Source: a virus (taxonomy: Duplodnaviria > Caudoviricetes). From it: DNA of 34,736 nucleotides. The position numbers were made by a program, and so were the translations under genes. Shown piece by piece: positions 8,667 to 17,979 of the stretch. Below the pieces are notes generated by a model that was not told the DNA's origin, searched no databases, and saw nothing but the letters and a program-made list of their open reading frames with translations. Positions within the stretch are counted from its first letter, which is position 1. The number at the start of each line of letters is the position of its first letter. Where the stretch lies: the IMG/VR virus record IMGVR_UViG_3300031701_000006, positions 1-34,736 of that record. The stretch is one strand, 5' to 3'.

Positions 8667-10301
8667 TTAACTTCCCGGCGGGCCACCGCTAGACACGTTT
8701 GCTTCGGGTTCGGGGTCGCAGCCATCTCCGGAAGAAATGGACATCGCAAAGTTCTGTCCCGCTCGCTGATGATACGACGCAAGTGCGCTCATTTGCGCCG
8801 AGAGCGGGTTGGCACAGCCACCGCTGGTATCTACCGCTCCCGTCTCCACATCCTCCCCAAACCCAGGTGATGGAAATCTGGCTAGACGAATTTCCTCAAT
8901 CGGAATTTCCTGCAACGTTAGTTTTACCTGCGCAGCCGTAATTTCTTTGTCACCATCGAGCATGGTGCGCCGCAACGAACCAAGTGACAGATCAGCGATT
9001 ACAAACTCCAATGGCTTACCCGTCTGCTCTGCTCGCCTCATTGATATCCTCAACAGAGAGTCCATGCCATACACTGATATCGGATACGGCCGTTGTGCCA
9101 TCCTTCGAAGCGTCTCCAATTCCTCATGGACACTTTTGAAAATACCATCCATGCGCTCGGCGATGAGAAATTCCATTGTCGCCTTCATGAGGTGCCAGCG
9201 ACTCCATTCCACAGACGGCATATCCGCTGCGCGCGGAATCTCTGTCCATTCTGATCCGAGTCCCGCATACTGGATGTCTTGCGGGGTGTAAGGGAAATGG
9301 AATACATCCACTTGTGGTGTTATTACTTCGTTTCGATGCGGCCGGTTCGGGTCCCTTGATCCAAACTGGCGATCAACTCGCCGGTTCACACCCGGGTAAT
9401 ACTGCACCAGTTGTGGTCGCATGTCGGGAAGCAACGACGAGTCCGGCTTGAGGTAACCAAACGGTGCCTTAATGGTAATCGTTGTTGGTCGCCTCTGCGG
9501 GCCGAGTGGAGGAGCCGCCTCTACTGGTAGGGGGTCACGAGAGTAGCCCTGATCACCGGCCCTAATCCCCTCTGGAGAAAAGATGTCGATAGATAGTCTG
9601 CCTCTAGCCATAAACCAGTCTGCTTGTCCTTCAGTGAAACCACTATCAAGCAACCGCCGCTTAATGGCGTCATTAACAATTGCACCACTCATCCATGCCA
9701 CGTTGGTACTCATCGTAGCGCGATCCAGTAGAACGGTGTCAGCAATCGCCTGCATCCTTGGCATTTGTGCCGTGTAGTACGAATCTAGATACCAATTAAC
9801 GTTGAGTGCGGACTCATAGATCGGCCATGACGACCTACCTGACCTCTGTGGTCGGTTTGCAATAGCCGAAGTCTCGCCACCGGCCGTGGCATAGTCTGCG
9901 TGCTCTGGATCGACTCCTTTATTTAGGACTTCGATCCAACTCATTTCAGAGTTAAGACTTTTTGTTATGTACCGCTCTTCGTACCATCTGAACTTGATCG
10001 GTTTTGCTATTGACCAATCGCTACCTACCTGATAACCCATCCATGCCAGTGGTTCTCCCTCCATAGTTATACGGTTCCATAAAGGTACCCGGTACAAAAT
10101 GTTGTCGAGTTCCACTAGACCCACTTTGTCGATCTGAGTATGAACTATGCCATGCCATATGACTCGCTTATTCGAGTTTTCTGGTGAAAGCCTGGTGACC
10201 ATTGTGCCTACAGGCCAATTTTTTCTGGCGTAAGTGTCTATTTCTGACGTAGGGTTATATGGATAACGTCTGTCTTGGTTAATGCTCGTGGTTGCTACCA
10301 T
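8667..10301 (-). CDS. Tail tube initiator-like protein (gpU/CIS-tube-like C-terminal domain) with long unknown N-terminal extension
   Basis: FHFPYTPQDIQY...WTEIPR...P.VEW...L...MEFLI...LETLRRMA...FVI.DLS...ITAAQVKLTLQE. Immediately downstream of the tape measure gene. Confidence 0.6.
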   Translation of the reverse strand: MVATTSINQDRRYPYNPTSEIDTYARKNWPVGTMVTRLSPENSNKRVIWHGIVHTQIDKVGLVELDNILYRVPLWNRITMEGEPLAWMGYQVGSDWSIAKPIKFRWYEERYITKSLNSEMSWIEVLNKGVDPEHADYATAGGETSAIANRPQRSGRSSWPIYESALNVNWYLDSYYTAQMPRMQAIADTVLLDRATMSTNVAWMSGAIVNDAIKRRLLDSGFTEGQADWFMARGRLSIDIFSPEGIRAGDQGYSRDPLPVEAAPPLGPQRRPTTITIKAPFGYLKPDSSLLPDMRPQLVQYYPGVNRRVDRQFGSRDPNRPHRNEVITPQVDVFHFPYTPQDIQYAGLGSEWTEIPRAADMPSVEWSRWHLMKATMEFLIAERMDGIFKSVHEELETLRRMAQRPYPISVYGMDSLLRISMRRAEQTGKPLEFVIADLSLGSLRRTMLDGDKEITAAQVKLTLQEIPIEEIRLARFPSPGFGEDVETGAVDTSGGCANPLSAQMSALASYHQRAGQNFAMSISSGDGCDPEPEANVSSGGPPGS

Positions 10302-13300
10302 TACGCCCGCTCCCTACGGTTTCGTGAAGTCCGTTCGATTTCCGCCATCACCAATCTTGCCACTTCCTGGGGATGTGCATTAGGACCACCTTCAACATTG
10401 ATGGTGTAGTTGTAGGTGCTACTTGCTCCTCCACCACCTGCCGGGCTGCTGGTATCGCCCTGTGCTGCGTTCGGGACCATGTGTAAGTGTCTGCCCTTGC
10501 CCGAACCATGGAACTCGGCGAATCCACCCGCGGCCTGGGTGAGACCCTGCAAGCCAACCAGATTCGAACCCACCACATCGAGGGCACGTCCCATGACGTG
10601 GTCTGACTTGATTGAGCCCAGTGCATAGTTCCGATAACCGGACGTAATCGTTCGTGTGCCCGGCAACTGACCATCGAGCGCGCTGTATTTGTTCATGGTC
10701 TGACTCATCGTTGAGCCGACGTCTCCTATGGGCCTGTTGGTGTCTGGGGCAGCATGGGGCGACGGTGATGTCCCTCCGGGAGACAATTGCTGGATGATCA
10801 GGTCCATGGCGTCTTTCATCGTGCCTGCGGCATCAGTGAGGCTCTCGGCCGCGGTGCCCATTTTCTCATCGGTGCTCATTCTTTCAAACTCGGTGAGTCG
10901 CCCGACCGTGGCTTCGTCCAGGCCAAATGATCTGAGTTTGCTTTGAACGTTATTAACGATCTGTTCTCGCATCTGGGGAGAGATATTGTCACCCATGCCG
11001 TCGATGACATTCGTAAAGGCATCACTCTGCATGTATGCCCGGAGTCCCTCCTGTTGGGTCATGGTTAGAGCCTGCACATCCCCTCCGGAGACTCCCCCTA
11101 TGCCGAGTCCGGCCGCCGCTCCTCCGCCTACGACAAACTCCCTCAAGGTTGCTTTCTCCTTGATGTCCTGTGCCGTAACGAGTTCCTCCATCCAGGCCTT
11201 AAGCATCGGAGTCTGGAACCGGCCAGCCTCGCCTTCCAAGGGTCCGCCTGCTTGTGAGAATGCAGACCCGTCCGGCCCGAGCATCTTTATGATCTCGCTT
11301 GTGGCGTATTCGTTGCCACCGAAATCGATAAGGCCGCCCATCAGTCCCTGTATGAACGTGACAACTCCCGCTTCGTCCATGTCGCCAGCGTTTACTGACT
11401 CCATGAAACCTCGACCCAGTTCGTCGATCACGTTGGGTGCATTCGAAATCTTTTGGATGTCTAGCAACGGGTCAATGATTTGATCCGCTATGAAGTTGCC
11501 CCACATGGATTCAATCTTCGCTTGCGTAATAACCATCTGCCGGGCCAGGTCTCTGGTCATGGTGGTCATGTTGCCGAAAGCGTCATAGAGGTTGATTCCG
11601 GCTGCGTCAGCGAGTGCTCTGGTTCGTTCCTCTGTCAGGCCGAAAGTCTCGCCGAGAAAGTCCACGCGAGCCTCGTACTTGTCCAACACTTTGGCAGCAC
11701 CCTGCAGAGAAGGATCCAAGGCCTCTGCGTGTTCTCTAAGGAATATGAGAGGATTTTTTAAGGCTTCTTCGATTTGCTTGGAATTTAGTTCTATTCCGTA
11801 CTTGTCGGCATCTGCAAAGATTTCTCCCAGCATTCTGTCAGCGTCAGATATCGCCTGATGCGACACGGCGCCTGGTGTCCCTGGCTGAGAGAGGTCCGCG
11901 GAGCCCGCGTGAACACCGGTCGTGCCATTTGCCCAAGCACCCGGGTCGGCGATCTTCGTCTTGCGAATCCGTTCGAGGAGTTTTTGACGACCCTTTAAGT
12001 CGTATGCATCCCTCACACGCGCCGAAGTCATGCCCACGCGTCCGAACTCGCTAATAACCTGATTGAGACCTTCGGTCATCGCGTCGACAACCTGACTGGC
12101 TGCCTCGATCGCTGACTCCTTGACCCTGGCCCTCTCCGCTCCAAACCTGTTCAGGGCACCCTTGACGCCACCGAGGACGCCACCCACCAAGGCACCGACG
12201 GCCGCACCCACAAGGGGATTCAACGGCATGAGCATCGAGCCAAGAGCGGCACCACCCATTGCGCCAGCGCCCATTCCACCCATCACGCTTTCTGCCTGCA
12301 TCGCACCACCGACACCACCTACGGCGAGCCCGCCACGCGCGTGGAACATGCCCACCATGGAGCCAAGACCCATTGCGCCTTGCATCTCCTCTGGACCGTA
12401 CTGGGCCAACATGCCCAGACCCAGGCCGGCACCCATCCTTCCGCTCATGCTCTTGTCCATTGCGGTAAGCCGTTGACCCGCCGCCGTCTCTTGCCCCAAG
12501 CGACGATTCATATTCCATCTCTGGTATCCCCTCTTGGGGGCCTTTACCCCAGGCTTGTTCATCTCCCCCTTCCTCAAGGCATCCATTTCCGCCTTTCTGG
12601 ACGCCTTGGTGCCGAAATCCTGTCTCAGGCTCGACCTAGCGCCCCCCTCAGGGACGTCACCGCCGCCACCCCCACCGCCCATGGGAATGGGCACCTGTTT
12701 AAAACCTTGGGCACCTGTTCCCGCGTGAGTGTAGGGCTGGTACATGTGGCCTGGTCTCGCCGCCTGACCGGTCACGGGGTGGAACCCTCCAGCACCACCA
12801 CCAGCAGCAGCACCACCGCCGCCGCCAGCATAAAACGGGCCTTGGGCCTTCTGACTGATCTGCCCCTGTCCAGTGATGCCGCTCACACCAACACCACCGA
12901 CGTTGACAGGTCCGTTGGCGGTGACGTTCATCATTTGTGTCGCCACGGGAGCATGAACACCCTTGTTCGCCTTCATCTGACGACCGGCCAACTGGAGGCC
13001 CATCAACATCATGAACGGACCCAATGCCCCACCAAGACCCCCGACAACCTTACTAATGCCCCGAAGACCACTTTCTATGTTGTTGATAATGCCGGCAAGA
13101 CCCTCCATTATCTTGATGAAGAACGGCATTGAGTCAATGAACAGTTCCTTGAAGAAGGATTGCAGGGAGAGGAACGCTGTCAACAACGTGCCGAGCGCGT
13201 CGCCGAACTCCAGGAACACATCCCTGTTTGATAGCAACAATTTGTTGAATGAGCCGAAAGTTTCACTGAAGTATGAACCAAGTGGCCTGAGGATATTCAT

Positions 13301-14578
13301 GAACATGTCCTCAAGGACTTCAGCACCCTTCAATAACGGTTGCAATCCAATGACGATCCTTTCCCACCCATCCCCAAAGGTCTTCCACCAACCACCGATA
13401 CGGTTGAACATGCCCGTAGCCATGGGTAGCCAGGTATGGATGAGTTTCGTCATCCCACTTTCGAGTTTCTCCACCCCCGCCACCAAGACATCGACGAATG
13501 TGCCTTTACCGAATAAGCCGATATCTCCTCGAATGCGAAACATCATGCGAGTAATGATGTTGGTGACTTTCTCCAAGCCCTCCTTCAGGGCAGGCAAGAA
13601 CGAATCGCCAAGATCTGCGAACTGGGTTCTAAGTAGCGTGAACGACTTTTTGAATCTAGAGACCAGAGTGTCGTTCATCATGTTCCATTGGCCAGCCACT
13701 CCACCCAGGAGAGACAGGTCTCCTGTGAGAATGGACTTCTTCAAAGCCTCGACGTCCTTAACGCCCCCCTTGGCCGCCTCCTCCAACGCCTTCTTCATCT
13801 GAGGGCCTAAGGCTTCTCCGGCCGATACGATCTGGCTCCAGTTCGACTCAACGTCCTGCAACACCCCGATGAATTCGCCAGCGGCCTTAATGCCCTTATC
13901 GAGCGGCTGGCCGGCAGAAGCAAAATCCATCAAACCACTCAGAAGGCCCTGCGACCCAGCAGTAAATGTGGACTTCTGATTGACTGCAGCAAATGCAGCG
14001 TTGAGGTTCTCCATGCCTGCAGAGGCGAGGTTGGCATCCGAGTGGAGACTTCGTACCACGGTGCGCACGCTGGACATATTGCCACCGAGTTCCTTGAACC
14101 CCAGGTTGAGTCCCTGGTAGCCAAACATGACGGTTTGTTGTTCCCGCAGAGCAGCCGACAGCGCAGCGAGAGCGGCCGTTGCCCCAGCGGCGCCAGCAGA
14201 AACCATCTTGATGGCGCCGTGGTACCCCTTCATTAACCATCTACCAACACCGAATAAGGCGTGTAGGCCGATCATTGCGGCGGCCATCAAACCAAATTCG
14301 CCAACAAACAATTTGGCGGACATCGAAATGGTTTTGGTAATGACTGAACCCATGCCTCTGACGAATCTAGAGAAATCGTCAAAGACCATCTCGAATTTCC
14401 GCGTGGTCTTCTTTAGATTCTTTTCGAGCGTGCCAGAAGACATCCCCATTTTGGAGAGTTTTCTGTCCGCCATAGCGGCAGCGGCCGTAACGCCGACGAG
14501 GTCTCGTTTGAGTTTACGAAGTTCCCGCTCACCGGTATATCTGGCTCTGACCTTAAGGTCAGCGGTTTCATCGGCCAT
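10301..14578 (-). CDS. Tape measure protein with C-terminal M15-type (DD-peptidase fold) peptidoglycan hydrolase domain
   Basis: 1425 aa, helical and G/A-rich with hydrophobic stretches, after the tail chaperone. The C-terminus reads ITSGYR...SDHVMGRALDV...HLHM followed by YNYTINV...QEVARLVMAEI. Confidence 0.88.
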   Translation of the reverse strand: MADETADLKVRARYTGERELRKLKRDLVGVTAAAAMADRKLSKMGMSSGTLEKNLKKTTRKFEMVFDDFSRFVRGMGSVITKTISMSAKLFVGEFGLMAAAMIGLHALFGVGRWLMKGYHGAIKMVSAGAAGATAALAALSAALREQQTVMFGYQGLNLGFKELGGNMSSVRTVVRSLHSDANLASAGMENLNAAFAAVNQKSTFTAGSQGLLSGLMDFASAGQPLDKGIKAAGEFIGVLQDVESNWSQIVSAGEALGPQMKKALEEAAKGGVKDVEALKKSILTGDLSLLGGVAGQWNMMNDTLVSRFKKSFTLLRTQFADLGDSFLPALKEGLEKVTNIITRMMFRIRGDIGLFGKGTFVDVLVAGVEKLESGMTKLIHTWLPMATGMFNRIGGWWKTFGDGWERIVIGLQPLLKGAEVLEDMFMNILRPLGSYFSETFGSFNKLLLSNRDVFLEFGDALGTLLTAFLSLQSFFKELFIDSMPFFIKIMEGLAGIINNIESGLRGISKVVGGLGGALGPFMMLMGLQLAGRQMKANKGVHAPVATQMMNVTANGPVNVGGVGVSGITGQGQISQKAQGPFYAGGGGGAAAGGGAGGFHPVTGQAARPGHMYQPYTHAGTGAQGFKQVPIPMGGGGGGGDVPEGGARSSLRQDFGTKASRKAEMDALRKGEMNKPGVKAPKRGYQRWNMNRRLGQETAAGQRLTAMDKSMSGRMGAGLGLGMLAQYGPEEMQGAMGLGSMVGMFHARGGLAVGGVGGAMQAESVMGGMGAGAMGGAALGSMLMPLNPLVGAAVGALVGGVLGGVKGALNRFGAERARVKESAIEAASQVVDAMTEGLNQVISEFGRVGMTSARVRDAYDLKGRQKLLERIRKTKIADPGAWANGTTGVHAGSADLSQPGTPGAVSHQAISDADRMLGEIFADADKYGIELNSKQIEEALKNPLIFLREHAEALDPSLQGAAKVLDKYEARVDFLGETFGLTEERTRALADAAGINLYDAFGNMTTMTRDLARQMVITQAKIESMWGNFIADQIIDPLLDIQKISNAPNVIDELGRGFMESVNAGDMDEAGVVTFIQGLMGGLIDFGGNEYATSEIIKMLGPDGSAFSQAGGPLEGEAGRFQTPMLKAWMEELVTAQDIKEKATLREFVVGGGAAAGLGIGGVSGGDVQALTMTQQEGLRAYMQSDAFTNVIDGMGDNISPQMREQIVNNVQSKLRSFGLDEATVGRLTEFERMSTDEKMGTAAESLTDAAGTMKDAMDLIIQQLSPGGTSPSPHAAPDTNRPIGDVGSTMSQTMNKYSALDGQLPGTRTITSGYRNYALGSIKSDHVMGRALDVVGSNLVGLQGLTQAAGGFAEFHGSGKGRHLHMVPNAAQGDTSSPAGGGGASSTYNYTINVEGGPNAHPQEVARLVMAEIERTSRNRRERA

Positions 14579-14609
14579 CAGTGCTCCATCGAGACTTCGG
14601 ACCGATTAA

Positions 14610-14810
14610 TCAGGGGCGATTTGCGTCTCGTTCGCGGTCCTGTTTTTCCCGGTCATCCTGTATAACTTTAGCACAGGCCATCAAAATCAGCCATTCATCC
14701 TCGTCGCTATTAAGCAGTTCTAGAGGGCTGGCGTGGAAGACTTCAGACAGGCGGGCTGCCGATACGACGTAGTGATTATTGACTAAATTGTCGTAGACAG
14801 ATTCGTAGGG
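14610..14810 (-). CDS. Tail assembly chaperone GT extension reached by a -1 programmed frameshift (not in ORF track)
   Basis: The -1 frame is open from CCC (14810-14808) to TGA (14612-14610): YESVYDNLVNNHYVVSAARLSEVFHASPLELLNSDEDEWLILMACAKVIQDDREKQDRERDANRP. It has no start codon or SD of its own near its 5' end. Confidence 0.75.
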   Translation of the reverse strand, partial: PYESVYDNLVNNHYVVSAARLSEVFHASPLELLNSDEDEWLILMACAKVIQDDREKQDRERDANRP

Positions 14811-15304
14811 TCCACGGTTTCGACCGTATCGGAATAGCCGGCAGCCTCCAATACGGCCAGCGCTGCTGCTTCGATATGAGGATCAGTCCCGAAGAATGAC
14901 CTAACCGCATCTGGGACAGGACGCGTTTCACCGGTCATCCTGAGCACGTCGGGATGAGCGAAGTTCAGAAACACGCCATCGTCGTCGAATACCTCTGCGC
15001 CGCCCTGCTCGACACCGATAGTTGTATGTCCCACAACGAAACAGGCGAACTTGGTTGGGTCAAGCCCGTTCTTGCTGTCCTCACCAGCCTGCTTGCGCCA
15101 GTGGCGCATCTGGCTTTGAGTGATGTTTGGACTGATGCGCAAGTGGACGCCTTCTCGGGCGGGCACTTCAAGCAACACCACGGGTCGCTCGACCTCTTCG
15201 GCAATAGTTGCCTTGAGTTTGTCGAGGGGGGTTTCACTTGACTTGGCAGCCCTTTTCAGGACAGCCTTGTCGGGTTCTTCTGGGGTATACAGTTCATCAG
15301 CCAT
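14783..15304 (-). CDS. Tail assembly chaperone (gpG-like)
   Basis: Located between the tube and tape measure genes. Ends ...VDPTNLSTTI, overlapping the -1 frame ORF. Confidence 0.75.
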   Translation of the reverse strand: MADELYTPEEPDKAVLKRAAKSSETPLDKLKATIAEEVERPVVLLEVPAREGVHLRISPNITQSQMRHWRKQAGEDSKNGLDPTKFACFVVGHTTIGVEQGGAEVFDDDGVFLNFAHPDVLRMTGETRPVPDAVRSFFGTDPHIEAAALAVLEAAGYSDTVETVDPTNLSTTI

Positions 15305-15311
15305 AAGCGTA

Positions 15312-15320
15312 AAACTAGCA
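15312..15320 (-). promoter_or_regulatory. Extended -10 TGC-TAGTTT of a probable leaderless transcript
   Basis: TGC TAGTTT followed by 7 nt and ATG(15304). No SD. Confidence 0.55.
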
Positions 15321-15347
15321 CATCCCAGTACTTGTTAGCAGCAACCC

Positions 15348-15827
15348 CTACGAGGCGATGGCGCTACCAGGCGACACGTCCTGGATGGCAAACGTCAACG
15401 AGAAAGTCGCTGGTGCGCCCGAAGAGGCGTCACCCTCGGCCTCGGTAATCCCTACCAGCAACGCGTCTTTGTACTGTCGGGAGTTCTTCGCTTCCTGGAT
15501 GTCGCAGTTGTACACGTTGACATCGATGTCGTAGTAGGCCTGGCCCACCTTGTCGCGCAATTCGGCGATTTTCCAGGAGAGACCTGCTGCGTCAGTGCTT
15601 TCTACGAAGTCATCGTCGCAGTGAGCGGTGAGCGTGATGTCGCCGATCTCGTATGGGGCACACAGGACGGTCGGATGCTTGTCCCCGCCCTGATAGATCT
15701 TCTCAACAGATGCGGTGATTTCGCCACCGGACAACTGAGCAAACCTAAATCCACCCCACTTAGGCAAAGTAGCGCTGGCGGTGGTGATCTGTGCGAGAAC
15801 TTGTCGCTGGGAAACGTTTGCTGCCAT
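15348..15827 (-). CDS. Tail tube protein
   Basis: 159 aa right after the sheath gene. FAQLSGGEITASVEKIY.GG...DITLT...ATFSLTF. GGAGG SD. Confidence 0.75.
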   Translation of the reverse strand: MAANVSQRQVLAQITTASATLPKWGGFRFAQLSGGEITASVEKIYQGGDKHPTVLCAPYEIGDITLTAHCDDDFVESTDAAGLSWKIAELRDKVGQAYYDIDVNVYNCDIQEAKNSRQYKDALLVGITEAEGDASSGAPATFSLTFAIQDVSPGSAIAS

Positions 15828-15841
15828 TAGTTAATCCTCCG

Positions 15842-17299
15842 TTACACCACTGAGGTGGTCAGGTTGCTCTTGGTGATGTCGACTTCAATTCTGTCGCCGA
15901 CGCTGGAAACCCTCATACCAATCTTGGCTTTGACCAAACCGGTAGCCAACTGGGTAACGGGATTGATACCGGAGTTGCACACGATGCTGTAACCCCAGTC
16001 CATGCGCTTCCCGGTGGAGTCGAATGCTTCGTAAAGCGCTCCGGACTTCCGAAGGGGCTCCAGAATGCCCTGCAGTCGACCCGAAATTTGGGCGAACAGA
16101 CTGCTGCGCCCGTCGATCACCGCAAAGACAAGGTCCTCAAGGGACGAGTTGGCTTGGGTGACAACGCTATTGACGACATCCTGTGCCGTGATGTAACGGA
16201 AATTCGCCGAATCGTTTGACAAGGAGCGGGCTCCATAAACGCGAATAGTGCCATTGATCACCCTGAGGGCGTTGGCGCCATCGACATCCATAAGGTCGCC
16301 GTTGGTTCCATCCACCTCCACCTCGGCGGCGGTGATGTAGCGAGCAATCGAGATGATGCCAGCACCCGGATGGTGCGGACCGATCTGATTATGGGCTCGC
16401 GCTCGGGCGGCAGCGGCAAATCCGATCGGCGGGATCATCCGGCTGACACCCTCAACGGAAGTCGGCTGGTAAACCCACGGGAAGTAGTACGCGGCATGTT
16501 CCGCATGCGACTCGGTAGCCATGGTGCGAGCAGTCACGATCGAGTTAGCGATTGACGTGGCAGCCGCACTATGAAGAAGCGCAACCCGGTTGTAAGTGTT
16601 GGCGTGTGCGATAAGGCCCTGATACACCGCTGTAGCGGCTGATTCGGGGTTCGAGACGGCACCGGTGCCATACGCATCGTTGAAGAGCAGGAGGCCGGCC
16701 GTGTAATGTGTGCTGGTAACGCTGGCGCGGTCGTCTCCACCCGCGCTCAACGCGGTTGCCGATGCGGCAGCGGCGATAGCGCCGCCCTCGTCAGTGACCG
16801 TGACGAGTCGAGAGGCAACTGCGCTCAAAGCGAACTTGCCAACTACAGCCGCGTTGCTCGCAGCATCCCCAGTTGAGAACTGGTTGACACCACCGAGTGC
16901 GAGTGTCACGTTAATCGTGCCAGCAGCGGAGCCGGCAGCGACCAAGACCGTAAGGCCACTACTCCACGCTCCCGCACCGACGGCGTCGAACTTTAGAGCG
17001 TCATCAGGTGTCGCACTGACGACCGTAAGCGTGCCGCTTGTAGCCGCAGGGCCAACGACGCGACCGACGTAGCACTGGGTCCCACCCTCTTCGAAGAATG
17101 TCTGAACCGTGGGGTGCAAATATGAATATGTCTGATAGCCGCCGTAGTTAAGTTCGAAGTCTTCGATACCCGTAAGCAGGGTGGCGCTCGCTGTTGGTCC
17201 ACGCTCTGCAAGCCCACAGAAGAAGGCTTGTGAAGACTGACGAACAGTGGCGCTGGTCGGTCCAGTTCGAGTTGCAGTTGTAATCGTCACACCAGGCAT
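15842..17299 (-). CDS. Contractile tail sheath protein
   Basis: MPGV...AFFCGLAERGP, FFEEGG.QCYVGRV, GAWSSGL, AAYYFPWV, IRVYGARSLS.D..FRYI and LEDLVF sheath motifs. Confidence 0.93.
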   Translation of the reverse strand: MPGVTITTATRTGPTSATVRQSSQAFFCGLAERGPTASATLLTGIEDFELNYGGYQTYSYLHPTVQTFFEEGGTQCYVGRVVGPAATSGTLTVVSATPDDALKFDAVGAGAWSSGLTVLVAAGSAAGTINVTLALGGVNQFSTGDAASNAAVVGKFALSAVASRLVTVTDEGGAIAAAASATALSAGGDDRASVTSTHYTAGLLLFNDAYGTGAVSNPESAATAVYQGLIAHANTYNRVALLHSAAATSIANSIVTARTMATESHAEHAAYYFPWVYQPTSVEGVSRMIPPIGFAAAARARAHNQIGPHHPGAGIISIARYITAAEVEVDGTNGDLMDVDGANALRVINGTIRVYGARSLSNDSANFRYITAQDVVNSVVTQANSSLEDLVFAVIDGRSSLFAQISGRLQGILEPLRKSGALYEAFDSTGKRMDWGYSIVCNSGINPVTQLATGLVKAKIGMRVSSVGDRIEVDITKSNLTTSVV

Positions 17300-17351
17300 A
17301 TAAGACCGTCCCGTTGGTTGTCGAACCTACCGACAAAATTAGGTTATTTGT

Positions 17352-17357
17352 ATTGTA
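17352..17357 (-). promoter_or_regulatory. Candidate -10 box TACAAT upstream of the sheath gene
   Basis: TACAAT in the intergenic region 17300-17407, the same hexamer as at 2663, 17714 and 28171. Confidence 0.5.
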
Positions 17358-17407
17358 CAGGCCCCTTGTGGAGCCAGCGTGTACCTGATAAAGAATACCA
17401 GACAGCG

Positions 17408-17707
17408 TTAGGCGTCCGACAGCGGGTTGGAGTCATAATCTCCATCTTTCGGTTTTGCCTTGTCCTTCTTGGGCAATACCGATTTTCGAGGCTGCTCATG
17501 AAGAACAAACAACTGACCGGAGTCGATCATCGCGCGAGTCTGACCATCGAGCGCAGAGACCGCGCCCGTGCCCTTAGCCTCAAGATTCCTGCCGTCCTCT
17601 GTGACTTGCACGATGTAGGCGCCAGGGTTCTTGAGTATGATGAGTCCGTCGGCCTTGGCCTGATCAATATCGGCTGCATCAAGTAACTTATAAGTGATTT
17701 CGCTCAT
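17408..17707 (-). CDS. Hypothetical protein (99 aa), probably leaderless
   Basis: ORF between the tail completion and sheath genes, with TACAAT 6 nt upstream of the ATG. Confidence 0.7.
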   Translation of the reverse strand: MSEITYKLLDAADIDQAKADGLIILKNPGAYIVQVTEDGRNLEAKGTGAVSALDGQTRAMIDSGQLFVLHEQPRKSVLPKKDKAKPKDGDYDSNPLSDA

Positions 17708-17713
17708 ACGATG

Positions 17714-17719
17714 ATTGTA
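17714..17719 (-). promoter_or_regulatory. -10 box TACAAT of a probable leaderless transcript
   Basis: TACAAT-CATCGT-ATG. Confidence 0.55.
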
Positions 17720-17721
17720 CC

Positions 17722-17979
17722 CTATTCCTTACTAATGGGCTGTTCGGCGCCGTCGAATCGAGCCACGACACGCAGCCATTGATTGGCAATACCGGTGACC
17801 ACGTTTGGCAGGTCCGCAGAACATAGAAAATACTGGTATGGCTCTGCTCGATGTGGAACGTGACAAAGATCGAGAATCATGTTGCTTCGATTGTGAACCA
17901 CAACGGCATTCGCTCGTGACCAATCGAAGGCCACGGCATCGAGAGGTGCGTTCAGGCGCTGACAAATGCAAGAACTCAT
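17722..17979 (-). CDS. Hypothetical protein (85 aa)
   Basis: ATGA overlap with the stop of the upstream gene. Fills the gap in the operon. Confidence 0.6.
   Translation of the reverse strand: MSSCICQRLNAPLDAVAFDWSRANAVVVHNRSNMILDLCHVPHRAEPYQYFLCSADLPNVVTGIANQWLRVVARFDGAEQPISKE

Noticed and set aside
4530-17299. Extracellular contractile injection system / tailocin
   Set aside because: Terminase, portal, prohead protease and head-tail connector genes show it is a capsid-forming phage.
17290-17407. A fifth promoter-in-hairpin lock at the sheath gene (AUCAGGUA pairing with UGCCUGGU over the start)
   Set aside because: Only 8 bp with two G.U pairs over a long distance, which could be chance.
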